Part shown: positions 13,327 to 25,136 of the stretch, piece by piece | How the letters are laid out: every line of letters begins with the position of its first letter | How positions within the stretch are numbered: the first letter of the stretch is position 1 | Source: Raja brachyura | Taxonomy: Eukaryota | Direction of reading: 5' to 3' | NCBI GenBank assembly: GCA_963514005.1 | Contig: OY740782.1 | Coordinates: 105,772,001 to 105,836,000, forward strand | Length of the DNA: 64,000 bases | The notes under the pieces: generated by a model | Told to the model about the DNA's origin: nothing | The model's input: only the letters and a program-made list of their open reading frames with translations | The model's database searches: none | Program-made: the position numbers and the translations under genes

Positions 13327-14939
13327 AATTTCCAAATAAAATAATCCCAGCCTCTCTAATATCGAATGGTCCTTCATTCCTGCAAGCATTTATCTGGACG
13401 CTCCCTATGCTTTCCCATTCTAGATTTAGGTTTATTACTGTTATTTGTACCATTTTACAGTGACAAACTTTGTTCATATGCTATCCAAACAGATCAGCTC
13501 AAACTCAACAACGATAGTGCAATGGGGAAGATACAGAATACAGTTCTCATTGATACACCAGCTATATGAGCAAAGTCCAATATCCTCATTGGGTTAGAGA
13601 TGAATCAGACAGTACCCTAGTTTATGGAAGGACTGTTCAGAAGCATGATAACAGAGGGGAACCAAGCTGTTCCCGAGTCTGATCGTGCGAGCTTTCAAGC
13701 ACCTGCATCTTCTGCTGGATAAGAACTGTGAGGTGGTGGTTCCAGAAGGGAACTGACAATATTCCTCCCAGCTGTCACAGATTCATCTCATCCCTTGTTT
13801 CTCAGCTGGATGGTCCTTTTATGTTTTGGCTAAAGATGACTTTGATCCCAGTTTCCTATGACATAGTTATCAGCATGTTATTGGGCCATCTGTACTCCTT
13901 CTGCCCATTGTCTATGCTTTAGATCAAGAGATTCATAGATCTGAATACCTTGGACATGAACCATCTAGCCTGCCAATGCTAGACTGACCACTGGGCACTC
14001 ACCGGTATCAATCCCAATTTCCAGTACTCGACCCATAGCCTTCAATGCCAAGGGCATCTTAGATAGCTCATCCACATGCCACTTAAAACTGTCAGTAACT
14101 GTGCTTTCAACATTATCTCGAGCAGGTAGTCACCACTCAAAGCTACCTTTAGATCCCTTCCAAATTACTTACCGCACGCTCTAAATTTATGCTCATTTCA
14201 TTTATATCTGATCATATAGAGTCACAGTCATGCAACATGGAATCAGGATCTTCAGCCCAAATTGCCAATGCCAACCAATAGGCCCAAGCCACACAACTCC
14301 CATCTACTTGCATTTGGCCAAGATCACTCTAAACCTTTCCTACAGTAGGTACGAGACAAATATCTTTTAAATGCCTCAATAACTTCCGGCATATCATTCC
14401 ACATACCCACCACCCACTGTATGGAAAAGCTTGCCAATCAGGATATTATTAAATCTTTCCCCTTTCACATTAAACCAATGTGCTCTGGTTTTGAATTCCC
14501 CTCCTCTGGATAAGACACTGGGCATGTTCCCTATCCGCCTCATGATTTTATACACCTCTACAAAATGCCTGTGCTTGGAATAAAGACCTTCCTGCCTGGC
14601 CTCTCCCTGTAGCTCAGGCCCTCAAGTCCTGGAAACATTGCCATACATCATCACTGCATTCTTCTCAGAATGCATGGCAGATCTATTTCCAGGGGCTACC
14701 CAATCAATACCCCTCAATTTTTGTTACCTCAATCATGGTCCCTCTTAACCTCCTCCTCTCCAGGGAAAGTAGACCTAATATTTCCACTCTTAGGGCTGAA
14801 ATGCTCCATTCAGGCGATGTCCTCAGTCTTCCTGTAGGATGTTAGTCACCAGGTATCCGTAAGACTGCTTCCTTAAGACAAGATGGAATTTCCTATTTAA
14901 GAATACTGTGTTTTCAGACACTTTTCTTAGGCCTCTTTA

Positions 14940-15420
14940 CCTTTCTTAACAAACTAGTCCTGGTGTTATTGGTCAAGATGCCAAGAGTCTCCTCAATGGG
15001 TGCCAATGATGGTGATTTCAGGGCAATCCAGATAACGTGGACAGTATGATGTAATGTTTGAGAGGAGCCCTTGTTGCAATGTCCTTCAAATGTTAAACAT
15101 TGATTTCTTGCGGCAATGTTGTTGTTTTGGAGGCATCAGTTATGACTGACATCCTTGCAGTTATTTGCTCAGATGCTGCAATCTGCAGAAACCAGTACCT
15201 GGATCGACGGTTTCACGAGGCGATCCTCGGATGCTGGTTATAACAAGTTCTGGGGGGGAGAGGAAGACCATGAAGTCAGCTTTCTCTACACTCTCCTCCA
15301 AATCAAGACTGTCCAGAGGGCATGTCCTTTTCAATCATGCACGGAAGTTTCAATTTATCTCTCCTTGACCATTAAGTTCCATGAATCCATGGAGTGAATT
15401 GGCAAAGTCAGATTTGAAGA
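14940..15420 (-). pseudogene. Candidate decayed exon (CUB-like peptide fragments)
   Basis: Frames give TCPLDSL...VFLSPP, RYWFLQIAASEQITARM and SYCPR...IIGTH*GDSWHL; ends at an aag|gtaaag donor. Low certainty. Confidence 0.25.
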
Positions 15421-15529
15421 GGAAATTAAAGGTACATTAAGACAAAAGTTCAAAAGAACATTCCAGAATTCCCAGTGAATCATTATTTTAATAACATGAA
15501 AAACCCATAGAATATTCTATTTTTTTTAT

Positions 15530-15664
15530 CATCTTTTACTACTCTCCAGGAGTTTCTCACACTCGTGTCATTATTGTGCCAAGTGAAGGGATTAAGCATA
15601 GTGTGAGATTTAATCATTTATAATGACATGAGTTTGAGAGACTCCTGGAGAGTAGTAAAAGATG
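15530..15664. repeat. 45-bp imperfect inverted repeat with a 45-bp spacer
   Basis: catcttttactactctccaggagtttctcacactcgtgtcattat versus ataatgacatgagtttgagagactcctggagagtagtaaaagatg. Confidence 0.85.
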
Positions 15665-16139
15665 CTAAAAATAGAAACCATCAGGTTTTTTTCAAAAAGA
15701 GAAGAGATAAGAGTTTCTATACCTTGACAAAAGGAAAATGAAAGATAACACACCTCCCTTAGGGATGAAAGGGAAAATTGTAAAGGAAAACATAGAAATA
15801 GCTGGGGAGTTAAATGTAATTTGTTTTCATAGGAGAATTTACAATTACGATTCTTTATGGGAATAATAGCAAATGCATTTACTGGCATGAACTAAAGCAT
15901 TTATTGAACACAATTGTTCAGCACTAAAACAAAAAGGATGAGGTCAGGACAGCCCTGCAATTTGACACTGCTGCACAGATATTACAATCTTAATCTGAAT
16001 TTGGTCCTCCTGTTTTGCAGTCGGTTCTCAACGCCAGGTAGAATTTGGAGAGCACTGTGGTCCGCACCTTCATTAAAAGTTGTTTAAAGAATAGATACAA
16101 AGAAAAAGATAATATTTTATTATTATTATTGGATATCAT

Positions 16140-17000
16140 TAATTTGATTTGATTTAATTTTATTGTCATTGGCTTCAAGTAAAAGACAACAAAATGCTAT
16201 TTCCCATACAGTCATACGAATAAAAAAACCCAAACTAAACACAGAACACAATAGTCCACAACACAAACATCCCCACAGCAGCACCAAAGTTCCCCACCTT
16301 GAGGGAAGGAACCAAAGTCCAGTCAACCCCCTCACTAATGTTCCCCCGATGTTCACCCGTGGTCGTGGCCTCCCAAGCCCACCGCAGTCGCCGCTACGGG
16401 CGGCCCAATGTTCAGGCCCTCTTGCTGGGAACGATGGAACCCTGATGTTGGGCGGAAGAATATCCTCAGCAGCCTGGATCTCTGAATCGGTCACGTTCCA
16501 CCGGAGTCCTCGGCTCCTGATGTCCACAGGCCGAGCTGGGCGGAGATTAAACACTGGCGGCCCCCGGCAATGGGTCCCAGGACTCTGCGATGTTGGTCAG
16601 AGCCACCCGCGTTGGGAGCTCCGCGAACCACAGCTCCGCGATGTCGATGCAACAGGCCCAACACTCTGGAGCCTCAAATGGCGATCCCAGGTGAGGCATC
16701 GCCCACGCCGGGATGTATCCAGCGCTGTGCTGCTGCTGCTCTGGTCCAGTCCCGGCAGGAAAGGCTGCGCCAATCCAGTTGGTAGGCCGCGAGGGGGGGG
16801 GGGGTCGGGGGGGGGGCAAGGGCGCGACGTGGATAATAGTCGCATCCTCGCTAGGAAGTGACTGAAGGACGCTTTCCCCCTTACCCTACTCCCGTCCCTC
16901 ATGTAAAATACTTAAAACATACTTTAAACATAGTAAAAATAAAAAAGATAAAAAGACAAAAAGACTGCAAGCGAAGGCAGTCATCAACAGTGCCACCACA
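16140..17000 (-). mobile_element. Unclassified non-autonomous retroposon (GC-rich body, L2/Rex-type 3' end)
   Basis: CpG-rich island in AT-rich DNA; the minus strand ends gacaataaaattaaatcaaatcaaat, similar to the tail at 3062. Confidence 0.5.
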
Positions 17001-17944
17001 TAGTGTATCATGGTACATGGTAAAATCAGGTACAATAATGGCAAGATAACAAAAATGTTTATAAAATAGTGTATTTTCCCCTCTGATGCATTTGTTAATC
17101 CATGTATTAACTGAAAGTCAAAGTTTAGCATCTCATTACAAATGGTATGATTTTAAATAAGGACACCTTGGTGTTTTTGGTAAAATACCATGCACTTCCA
17201 GCCAACTGGTTCCACATAGAGACAGGTATAGTTCGACACATACTGGTGCAGAGTGACTGCAAGCAGTTTAATAGAACAAGCTACTTAGGAGGTTTGTTAA
17301 TTATTATCTGAGCAACAGTCATGCTCAGCACGTTCAGCTTGACTTGCCATAACTGGAAGCATTTTCTCCACCATGAAGCATAAAAGATTCATTAAAGCCC
17401 AATGAGTTCATTATCCTGGCAGTAACTGAAATGTCTCTAGGTATGGAACAATAAATACAACATTTAAAATTATGTCAAATTAAGCTCTTTTCTAATTACA
17501 TAATGTAATTTTTCATTTTGTAAGGGCCTATACGCAATTCATTTTAACCTCATTGGCATTTGGGAGTTATCTCAACTATTTATGATATGCATTAAAAGAA
17601 TAGTTTCCTCTTTTTTTTTTACAATGTCACAAAAACATTTCTGCATGACTAACGTATAACTGTAACTTTTAGAAGTTCACTAACTACTGCTTCTTAATGC
17701 ACTTGTGACTTCCCTATCACCCCAACCAGTCCTCCTTCACCGTTTCTCTTTGCATCAAAATATTTTGTTTATTTGTCACCCATTTGTAAGATAAAGGCAG
17801 GATTTAGAATACCCATGAGCTGCTGGGGTTTGGTAGAATTTTGTTGAAGGGGTGCCAGGAATTGATTAAATCTGAAGTTGGCAGGACAGTGGGAAGCCAG
17901 CTCAAAGTCAACACACAGAGCATGGTGAATAATTTTGTAACATG

Positions 17945-18315
17945 CAATTGTTACAAGGCCTGGATCGAGTGAATGTGGAGTGAATGTTTCCTCTAATGGG
18001 AGAGTCTAGGACCACAGGCCATAGGCTCAGAACAAAAGGACTTGCCTTTTGAAAGGAGATGAGAAGGACTTTCTTCAGTTAGAGGGTGGTGAATCTGGAC
18101 AATTCATTGCCGCAGAAGGGTGTGGAGGCCAAGTCAACTATTTTTAAGAATATTTTTAAGGCAGAGCTTGACAGAGTTCTGATTAGTAAGGGGGTCAGGG
18201 GTTAAGGGACAAAAGCAGGAGAATGGGGTTGAGAGGGAAAGATAGATTAGCCATGATTAAATGGCAGAGTAGACATGATGGACCGAATGTCCTTATTCGA
18301 CTCATAGAATTTATA
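17945..18315 (+). mobile_element. CR1 3' fragment, degenerate
   Basis: Homologous to 54700-55078 and, in reverse, to 42155-42500. Confidence 0.8.
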
Positions 18316-19343
18316 AACATATCCACGTGGAATTATGATGCAAAGGATGGAACCGGGAACATTACAGGAACATTATTTTCTGAAAACATGGAAGAATAAG
18401 ATCAATATTTATTAAAAAGAGGGTGTCAATTTTTATAGCACTTTTTAATCATTCGCAGCAATCACCAGTGACTCACTTTTGAATTATAGCCATGGTATAT
18501 GAACAGAAAATCCTGGAAATTCCTATCAATTAAGGCATTGCTTATGGAGAAAAAAATTACAATAAATTAGGGTGGTATTTAAATATAGTATAGTAAACCA
18601 ACCTAATGATCAGTTGTCAGAGTTCAGGACCAGCATGTTCCCATGAGAATTAAATGAAAAGATGCAATAGTGCTGGGGTAACTCACGGTCGGCGGCAGTT
18701 CAGGCGAATCTGGATAAATGACTTCTCGGGTTGGAATCATTTTTCAGAAACATGATTTCTACATGTTCACCAGAGATGCTGCCTGACAGCCGAGTTTATT
18801 CCAGTGTTTTTGTTTCTCAACCGGCATTGGCTGTTCCGTGTTTGTACAAAGTTAAGGATGGCAAGTTTTGGGAATTTTAGATGACAAGAGATATTCTAAG
18901 TTTAGTCAAAAAAGGAAAAGGAATATTTGAGAAGTTGAAATGCACCAGATGTGCTCTCACTAACACTTATATTGCTGATAAATAACCTCCCTACCTCCTA
19001 CACCATGAAGTATTTAACAAGGTTCTACATCAAAGTTATTGCAGAAAATAAATATTGATGTCGTACCATATCAAATACCTTATGGAAATCTAAGAGTAGT
19101 ACATCCTCCATTTTCCTTTTATCCACAATACACGTTACTTCTTCAAAGAACTCCAATAAATATTTAATGTTTATTTCGCAAAACTAGGTCGATTTTGTCC
19201 TATTATGCTGGATTTTTCCCAGGATTTTTCTATAGTGTCATTAATAAAATCATCTAACATTTTCCCACTGATTGATGTGAACTGAACTGCCCTGCATTCT
19301 CTGCAGTTTTGTTTTGAATTGAGGAGCCGCTATTGTACTTTCA

Positions 19344-20171
19344 ATAAACGAGTTTGGTATTCCGACTGCGCATGCCCAGGTCACAGGTCTCAAGCGAAAA
19401 ACACTCTCGGCATCCGTGCCGCGGCATGGTTACCTGCACCTTATCTGCTGCCAGGATCGATCCTGGGTCTCTGGCGGCGCAATCGCTACAGAACCGTCAC
19501 TTGACCATCCCCGTCCCCTCCCGAGTGTCCTCCCCCTACCAGGGGCAGCCAGAGACATTGGGAGTCAGGCGGGAGTGGCACCCCCAGGCAACATGGAGAA
19601 GCAGGGATAAATCCAACTCAACTCTGCCTATCTCGCCGGGTTAACCTACCGGCCTTGCCAGGACTTGCGGAAACAAAGGCCCAGGCTTACAGCCAGCGTG
19701 GAGAAGCAGCACTAAATCCAGCTCAACTCTGTCTATTAACCTACCAACCCTACCTGGACTTATGGGAACAATGGCCCAGGCTTACAGCCAGCGCGGAGAA
19801 GCAGGGCTAACTCCACGGCTCCGGGCTGGTGTCCCATCCACCCAGGCAGGGCTGTAGGTTAACCCGGCGAGACAGGCAGAGTTGAGCTGGATTTAGCGCT
19901 GCCTCTCTGCGTTGCTTGTGGGTGCCACTCACGTCTGACTCCCGATGTCTCTGGCTGCCTCCACATGGGGGGACAGGGGAAGGACACTCGGGAGGAGACA
20001 GGGATGATCAAGTGGCGGTTTGGCAGCGATTGCGCCCTAAAGACCCGGGATCGATCCTGGCTGTGGATGAGGCGCAGGTATATGTTCATGGCTACCGAGA
20101 GTTTTTATCGCTTGTGAACTTTGACAAATCCCATGATTCCTTGTGTTTCTCAGAATACCAAACTCGCTTAT
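19344..20171. mobile_element. Foldback-type non-autonomous DNA element with ~310-bp imperfect inverted arms and internal ~100-bp tandem repeats
   Basis: Termini ataaacgagtttggtattc / gaataccaaactcgcttat; arms 19344-19649 and 19854-20171. Confidence 0.8.
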
Positions 20172-21077
20172 AAAGCGGTGTTATTCATAATTTCCTGTTG
20201 ATGTTCAAGATGCATTTCACTTTACTTTTCATAAAAAGGTAAAAACACTTAGAAAATGTCTCGAATTTATGAGCAATAAATCTAATCTCCCCATTTTCCA
20301 AATGTAATTAGCAAAACTGATAAAGCATTGAAGTCTTGACAAAGTGCATAAGAAAGTGTCCCAAAGTCAAAAGCCCTCTTTAAACTCCAGCTATAAATGA
20401 ACAATGACAACCTTTTTTCCCCAATTACTGCCGATAAAATCACCTAGAATGATTTGCTGCTCTCATTCGCGAGCTGTTATTAGGAGAGGACATAAGATCA
20501 AATCTGATTAATCATGCTCTTCATCAGAAGTCAATTTAAGTAGGCAATCAGCCCTTTAATGATTTTCTTGACAACTGCAAATATTAATTGTTCACCAAAA
20601 TGATATTTGTGCTAAACTGGGGTTACACCAACATTTCAGCTTAAGATTCAACCTTGGCCATCTCTTTTAAACTTTCTCAAAGACCAGAATGGCAAAAAGT
20701 ATATTTTTGTTCTTTAACAAATTAGTGCTCAGACTGCAATTTGAAACCAAAGGTTTGTCCCTAACCAGAACAGTATTTAAGAGCAATAATTAATTGTTTG
20801 GTACTTAAAATAAATACAAGCCTCGGCAATTAAGGAAAGTTCTCACAGTACCGAAATATAATCCAACTCTTGTTGCAGTTACAGTATCGAGCCATATCAG
20901 AATGGGCTTTTAAAAAAAATACAAGTATGCATTAAGAAAATTAGAAATGAGCAAATAATGCTTGCCTTGCCATTGATGTCCAATCCCCAAAAGTAATGAT
21001 AACCAACACCCTTATCTGTTTTTCTGTTATCTCTTAATTTTATGACATCAATTAAGTATTATTCCCTAAAGGACTGA

Positions 21078-21697
21078 GTCATTTACTGCATCCGTTGCTC
21101 CAGATGCCAGCTGATCTATATCGGTGAGACCAAGCGGAGGCTTGGCGATCGTTTCGCCGAACACCTCCGCTCGGTCCGCAATAACCAATCCGACCTCCCG
21201 GTGGCTCAGCACTTCAACTCCCCCTCCCATTCCGTATCCGACCTCTCGGTCCTGGGTCTCCTCCACGGCCAGAGTGAGCAACACCGCAAGTTGGAGGAAC
21301 AACAACTCATATTCCGCTTGGGAGTCTGCATCCTCTGGGCTTAAACATTGAATTTTCTCAATTCTGTTAACCCTGGCTGCCTCCTCCCCTTTCCACCTCT
21401 CCCTCAGCCCTCGGGCCCTGGCATTCCTTCTCTCTCTATCTCTCCCCCACCCAAGTCGCACTAGCTTCTCATTTTCACACTACAACAGCTTACAATGGCA
21501 TGTTTCCTTTATCATCGATACTTTGTTTGCATATCTTTCATTCATTGTTCTTTATCTCTCCACATCACCGTCTATATCGCTCGTTTCCCTGATCCCTAAC
21601 CAGTCTGAAGAAGGGTCTCGACCCGAAACGTCGCCTATCTCCTTCGCTCCTTAGATGCTGCTGCACCCGCTGAATTTCTCCAGCTTTTTGTGTAACC
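21078..21697 (+). mobile_element. Penelope-like 3' fragment (GIY-YIG endonuclease plus terminal repeat)
   Basis: VIYCIRCSRCQLIYIGETKRRLGDRFAEHLRSV...VAQHFN...LEEQQLIFRLGSLHPLGLN. Confidence 0.92.
21605..21632 (+). ncRNA. Minimal hammerhead ribozyme core (Penelope-associated)
   Basis: CTGAAGA AGGGTCTCGACCC GAAAC GTC. Confidence 0.65.
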
Positions 21698-21822
21698 AAC
21701 TGATTTCATGTCCTTTGGTACTACCAACTTTTCATTGGAACAAGCATACCCAGTAATCTCTAAGGTGCCTTAGCCAATATTTATCACCATCACTAACACA
21801 GATGATCTAATTATGCACCTAC

Positions 21823-22927
21823 TAGGTATGTTACAAAATTTACCTTTAGCGGTGCTGCAGTTCTGTCACTGGCTGTGTGCGTGACTTTGGTGCCTTTAAG
21901 GGGGGGGGGGGCTGGTAGTTAGTCAGAACTCTGGGAAAACCCTCACCAGATGCGTGTATACTGTTCACTGTATTGCTTAATAAAGATCACTTTCGATTCA
22001 CAACGCGTGGATCGCTATAATGGTGGCCCTGGCATTTTTTCCCTTGCCATTCGGAATAATATTTTGTCGGAGTGCGATCTATTTCTGGAGATTCCTTCCG
22101 ACTACCGGTAAGTTCATTTTTTTTTTTTTTTTTTTTAAATCGCCCGACTATTTCTGCGCTGCAATAAAATTAAAATTAGCTCCTAATGCCCTGAACGCCG
22201 ACAACGGGGACCGATTTTACGTAGGGGACAGGTAAGTGAAAGCTGTTTATTTTCACATATACACTTGCATGTTTAGGGGACTTTAATCAACATTTCATGT
22301 TGCGAAATGGTGATTTAGTCCCCATATGAACCAACAGAATTTTTCCTGCCAATATTGGGTTTAAATTCACCGCAACGTTCCAATACATCGCGTTCCAGAA
22401 AATCCCACTCGCAAGCTGATTAAATTGCCCATTAATTTACAGGCATTAATGCTATATTGTGAATTGTTGTGTGAATGTTATTTTGGACACTTCGACTTTA
22501 AAAAGAATGTTAATATTTTCTTAGGAAATGGATAGGTGTTTAGATCTAGTATTTGAATTTTGTAATTAGCTACAATTGGGTAACTAACTAATTATATGCT
22601 TTAATTTTAGGTCATCCAAGTAAAATTGTTTCACATTAGTTTCAGAATGCTTCAATCTATAATAACTGAAAATGTCTTTCAGTTCTCTTCATTTTTAAGA
22701 AAGTTATGGGCTTTTGACTGTCCTCGATCACAACGTTTGTGTTAAGTCAATGGAAACGCAAGGGGAACAAGATGCTAAATTTCCGAGTATGAAAATGGCC
22801 ATAACTTTTTTAATACTGAAGATATGAAAGTGAATTAGGTGTCAAATTAAACTTCTTTGTATGCTTTATCTGATGGGATAAATTGCAGACTTGATTTTTT
22901 AAATCTCAAAATTTTGTAACATTACTA
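21823..22927 (+). mobile_element. Non-autonomous TIR DNA transposon (~1.0-1.1 kb family), copy 1
   Basis: TIRs TAGGTATGTTACAAAATTT / AAATTTTGTAACATTACTA; flanks CACCTAC / CACGTAC; homologous to 29115-30072 and 58494-59502. Confidence 0.85.
21912..22032 (+). repeat. Captured Gypsy LTR 3' half plus primer-binding site
   Basis: Near-identical to 30550-30670. Confidence 0.9.
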
Positions 22928-23354
22928 CACGTACTGCTATTTGTATGTATTTGTTGCACACAAATTTCTGGTGTAATTTTAACACCACAATCATAAACAC
23001 CACATAACACAAAGAACACAATCATATTGCTACAGGTGCATGCATGTATATTATTTATATTTTTCTTGTAACACATCACTTACCAATGCACCATATTTTA
23101 TGTTTGTAACACATTATCTCTTGGCAACACATGGGTTGTAGACTGAAAATTAGCAAGACAAAAGCCATAAATCTGAGTCTTAAAGTATAATTAAGACACC
23201 AAACTCTGGGAACAACCCATTTAAAATGTTATGATGTGTTCAGCATTATAAAATTGTACAAATACATCTAAAATGCAGCTCCTCCTTTCATTCTGAATTA
23301 GTGTGCCTCTATCCTCTTCCCTTTTAAGATGTTTCTTAAAATTAACACCTTCGA

Positions 23355-23492
23355 TTCAACTGAGTGTCAGAGGTTATGGGGAGAAGGCAGGAGAATGGGG
23401 CCCGGAGGCAGAGATACATCAGCCATGATTGAATGGCGGAGTAGACTTGATAGGCAAATGGCCTAATTCTACTCCTATTACTTATGATCTTA
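23355..23492 (+). mobile_element. CR1 3' UTR fragment
   Basis: Same 3' end as 54950-55078. Confidence 0.75.
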
Positions 23493-23902
23493 TGGACATA
23501 ATTACACTGTGTATTAAACATAACTATGATCTGCTTCTTCAAGGAGCATATTTTTTAAATTTTGTCCGTTATATCCACAACAAAAATAATGCAGAAATCA
23601 AAGCAATTGTCAGAGAAAGGGTAAATTACTGTGGACCACATAGAAAGATGAATGGCTGTGGAAATAAACTAAAATAGTAAGATTAAACGAGAACTTACCA
23701 GTTTGAAGTTTGATCTTTATTTTATGAGGAGTTGCGATGAGGGATTTCGTGAAGAACCCGCCAGCACGCATGCGCGGCATCTCTTCAAAGCAGCGGTGTG
23801 GAATCACAGAACCAACAAACCAAAGGAAATGACTTGTGATAGTAAGATTGAAGAGACTCTAGTTACCAGTTGACTTTATGATCGAGGGTTGGGAGCGGAG
23901 GG

Positions 23903-24015
23903 CACGAAATCCCTCATCGCAACTCCTCATAAAATAAAGATCAAACTTCAAACTGGTAAGTTCTCGTTTAATCTTACTATTTCATTTCGGAGTCACGTGA
24001 GTGACTTCGTGAAGA
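23903..24015. repeat. DIRS internal complementary region (ICR)
   Basis: Reverse complement of 23673-23751 fused through a shared ATT to the reverse complement of ~28982-29018. Confidence 0.92.
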
Positions 24016-24161
24016 CTTCAAAGCTCTGTGATTACACGCCCTGGACAACGTCCATGCTATCACACACACCACGATAAGGATGGACAGGAGTATCAAAATT
24101 TTTCAGACTGCTAGTTCTGAAAAATAATAATATTTATTAATAATAACAAAAGAAAAACCCC

Positions 24162-25136
24162 TCACTGGGGAGTAGCCGAATGTCCTCGGCCTGCATTCAG
24201 TACAGCTTCTGCAAACATTCCAGGAGCGGTAATAGGTTTATTATAAAACCGTTGAAAGGTGGCTTCACTGGCCCATCCCGCTGCGGCTAGTATATGGTCC
24301 ATGGTACCTCCATGACCTTTGCCGCCGACGTTGATGCAGCCCCGGTGGAATGGGATTTAAATACATTAGTATCTATACCTGCTTCGTTCAAAACGATTCT
24401 GAGCCATCTGGAGATTGTCTGTACCGTCACTCTATGGTGAGATCTCTTATGGCTGATTAGCAAGTATTGCTCCATTCCCCTTAATTTCCACGTCACTTTA
24501 ATATAGTGGCGGATGTAGCCTGGCATCAGCGGGGTATGCTGGAAACACCAGCTGCAGACCTGTAAATCCAGGCCTGTGCTGTTTAAGCAATTCATCAATA
24601 AAGAAAATAACCTTTTCTGGGGTAGAGATCATTCTATCAATCTTGATCTTATGAAGAGTCTGTACCCTTTGTGCCGAAGTAAGTGCCAATAACATCACCA
24701 ACTTCAGGGTGAGTTTGTCCAATTCAAGCCCAATCATGGGCGACCACGTCCTGAGCAGGGTCAGTACATTCCCAATATCCCAGGTAACGTTGTAACGCGG
24801 TCTAGGCGGATTGGAATTAAATATTCCCCGCATCAGTTTGGACACCAACTTATTGGATCCTACCTCCAAATTGAGGTAGTATGATAGTGCGCTCCTGGCG
24901 CTGTTGATGGCACTATAGCTGAGGTGTTCGTCATGATGTAACCCCGCAAGGAACTCCAGCACATCTGTGATTGACACGGAGTCATATGCAATGTCCAAGC
25001 GGCCGCAGTAGGTTTCCCATTTCCTGATGTGCGATAAATATTGCCGTCTTGTGGACTCCCTGCATGATGCTCCTATGGTATCCATGGTCCTTGATGATAG
25101 GCCATACTTCAGTAATGGCCTGTTCAAATCCTGCAA
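24162..25136 (-). pseudogene. DIRS tyrosine recombinase with two frameshifts (~24515, ~24300) and HSTR changed to HSTG
   Basis: LSYSAINSARSALS, LALTSAQRVQTL, TISRWL, FKSHSTG, then DHILAAAGWASEATFQRFYNKP in a third frame, ending at TGA 24162. Confidence 0.9.

Noticed and set aside
16126-16902. 232-aa and overlapping ORFs
   Set aside because: GC-rich repeat that is open in many frames, with no recognisable domain.
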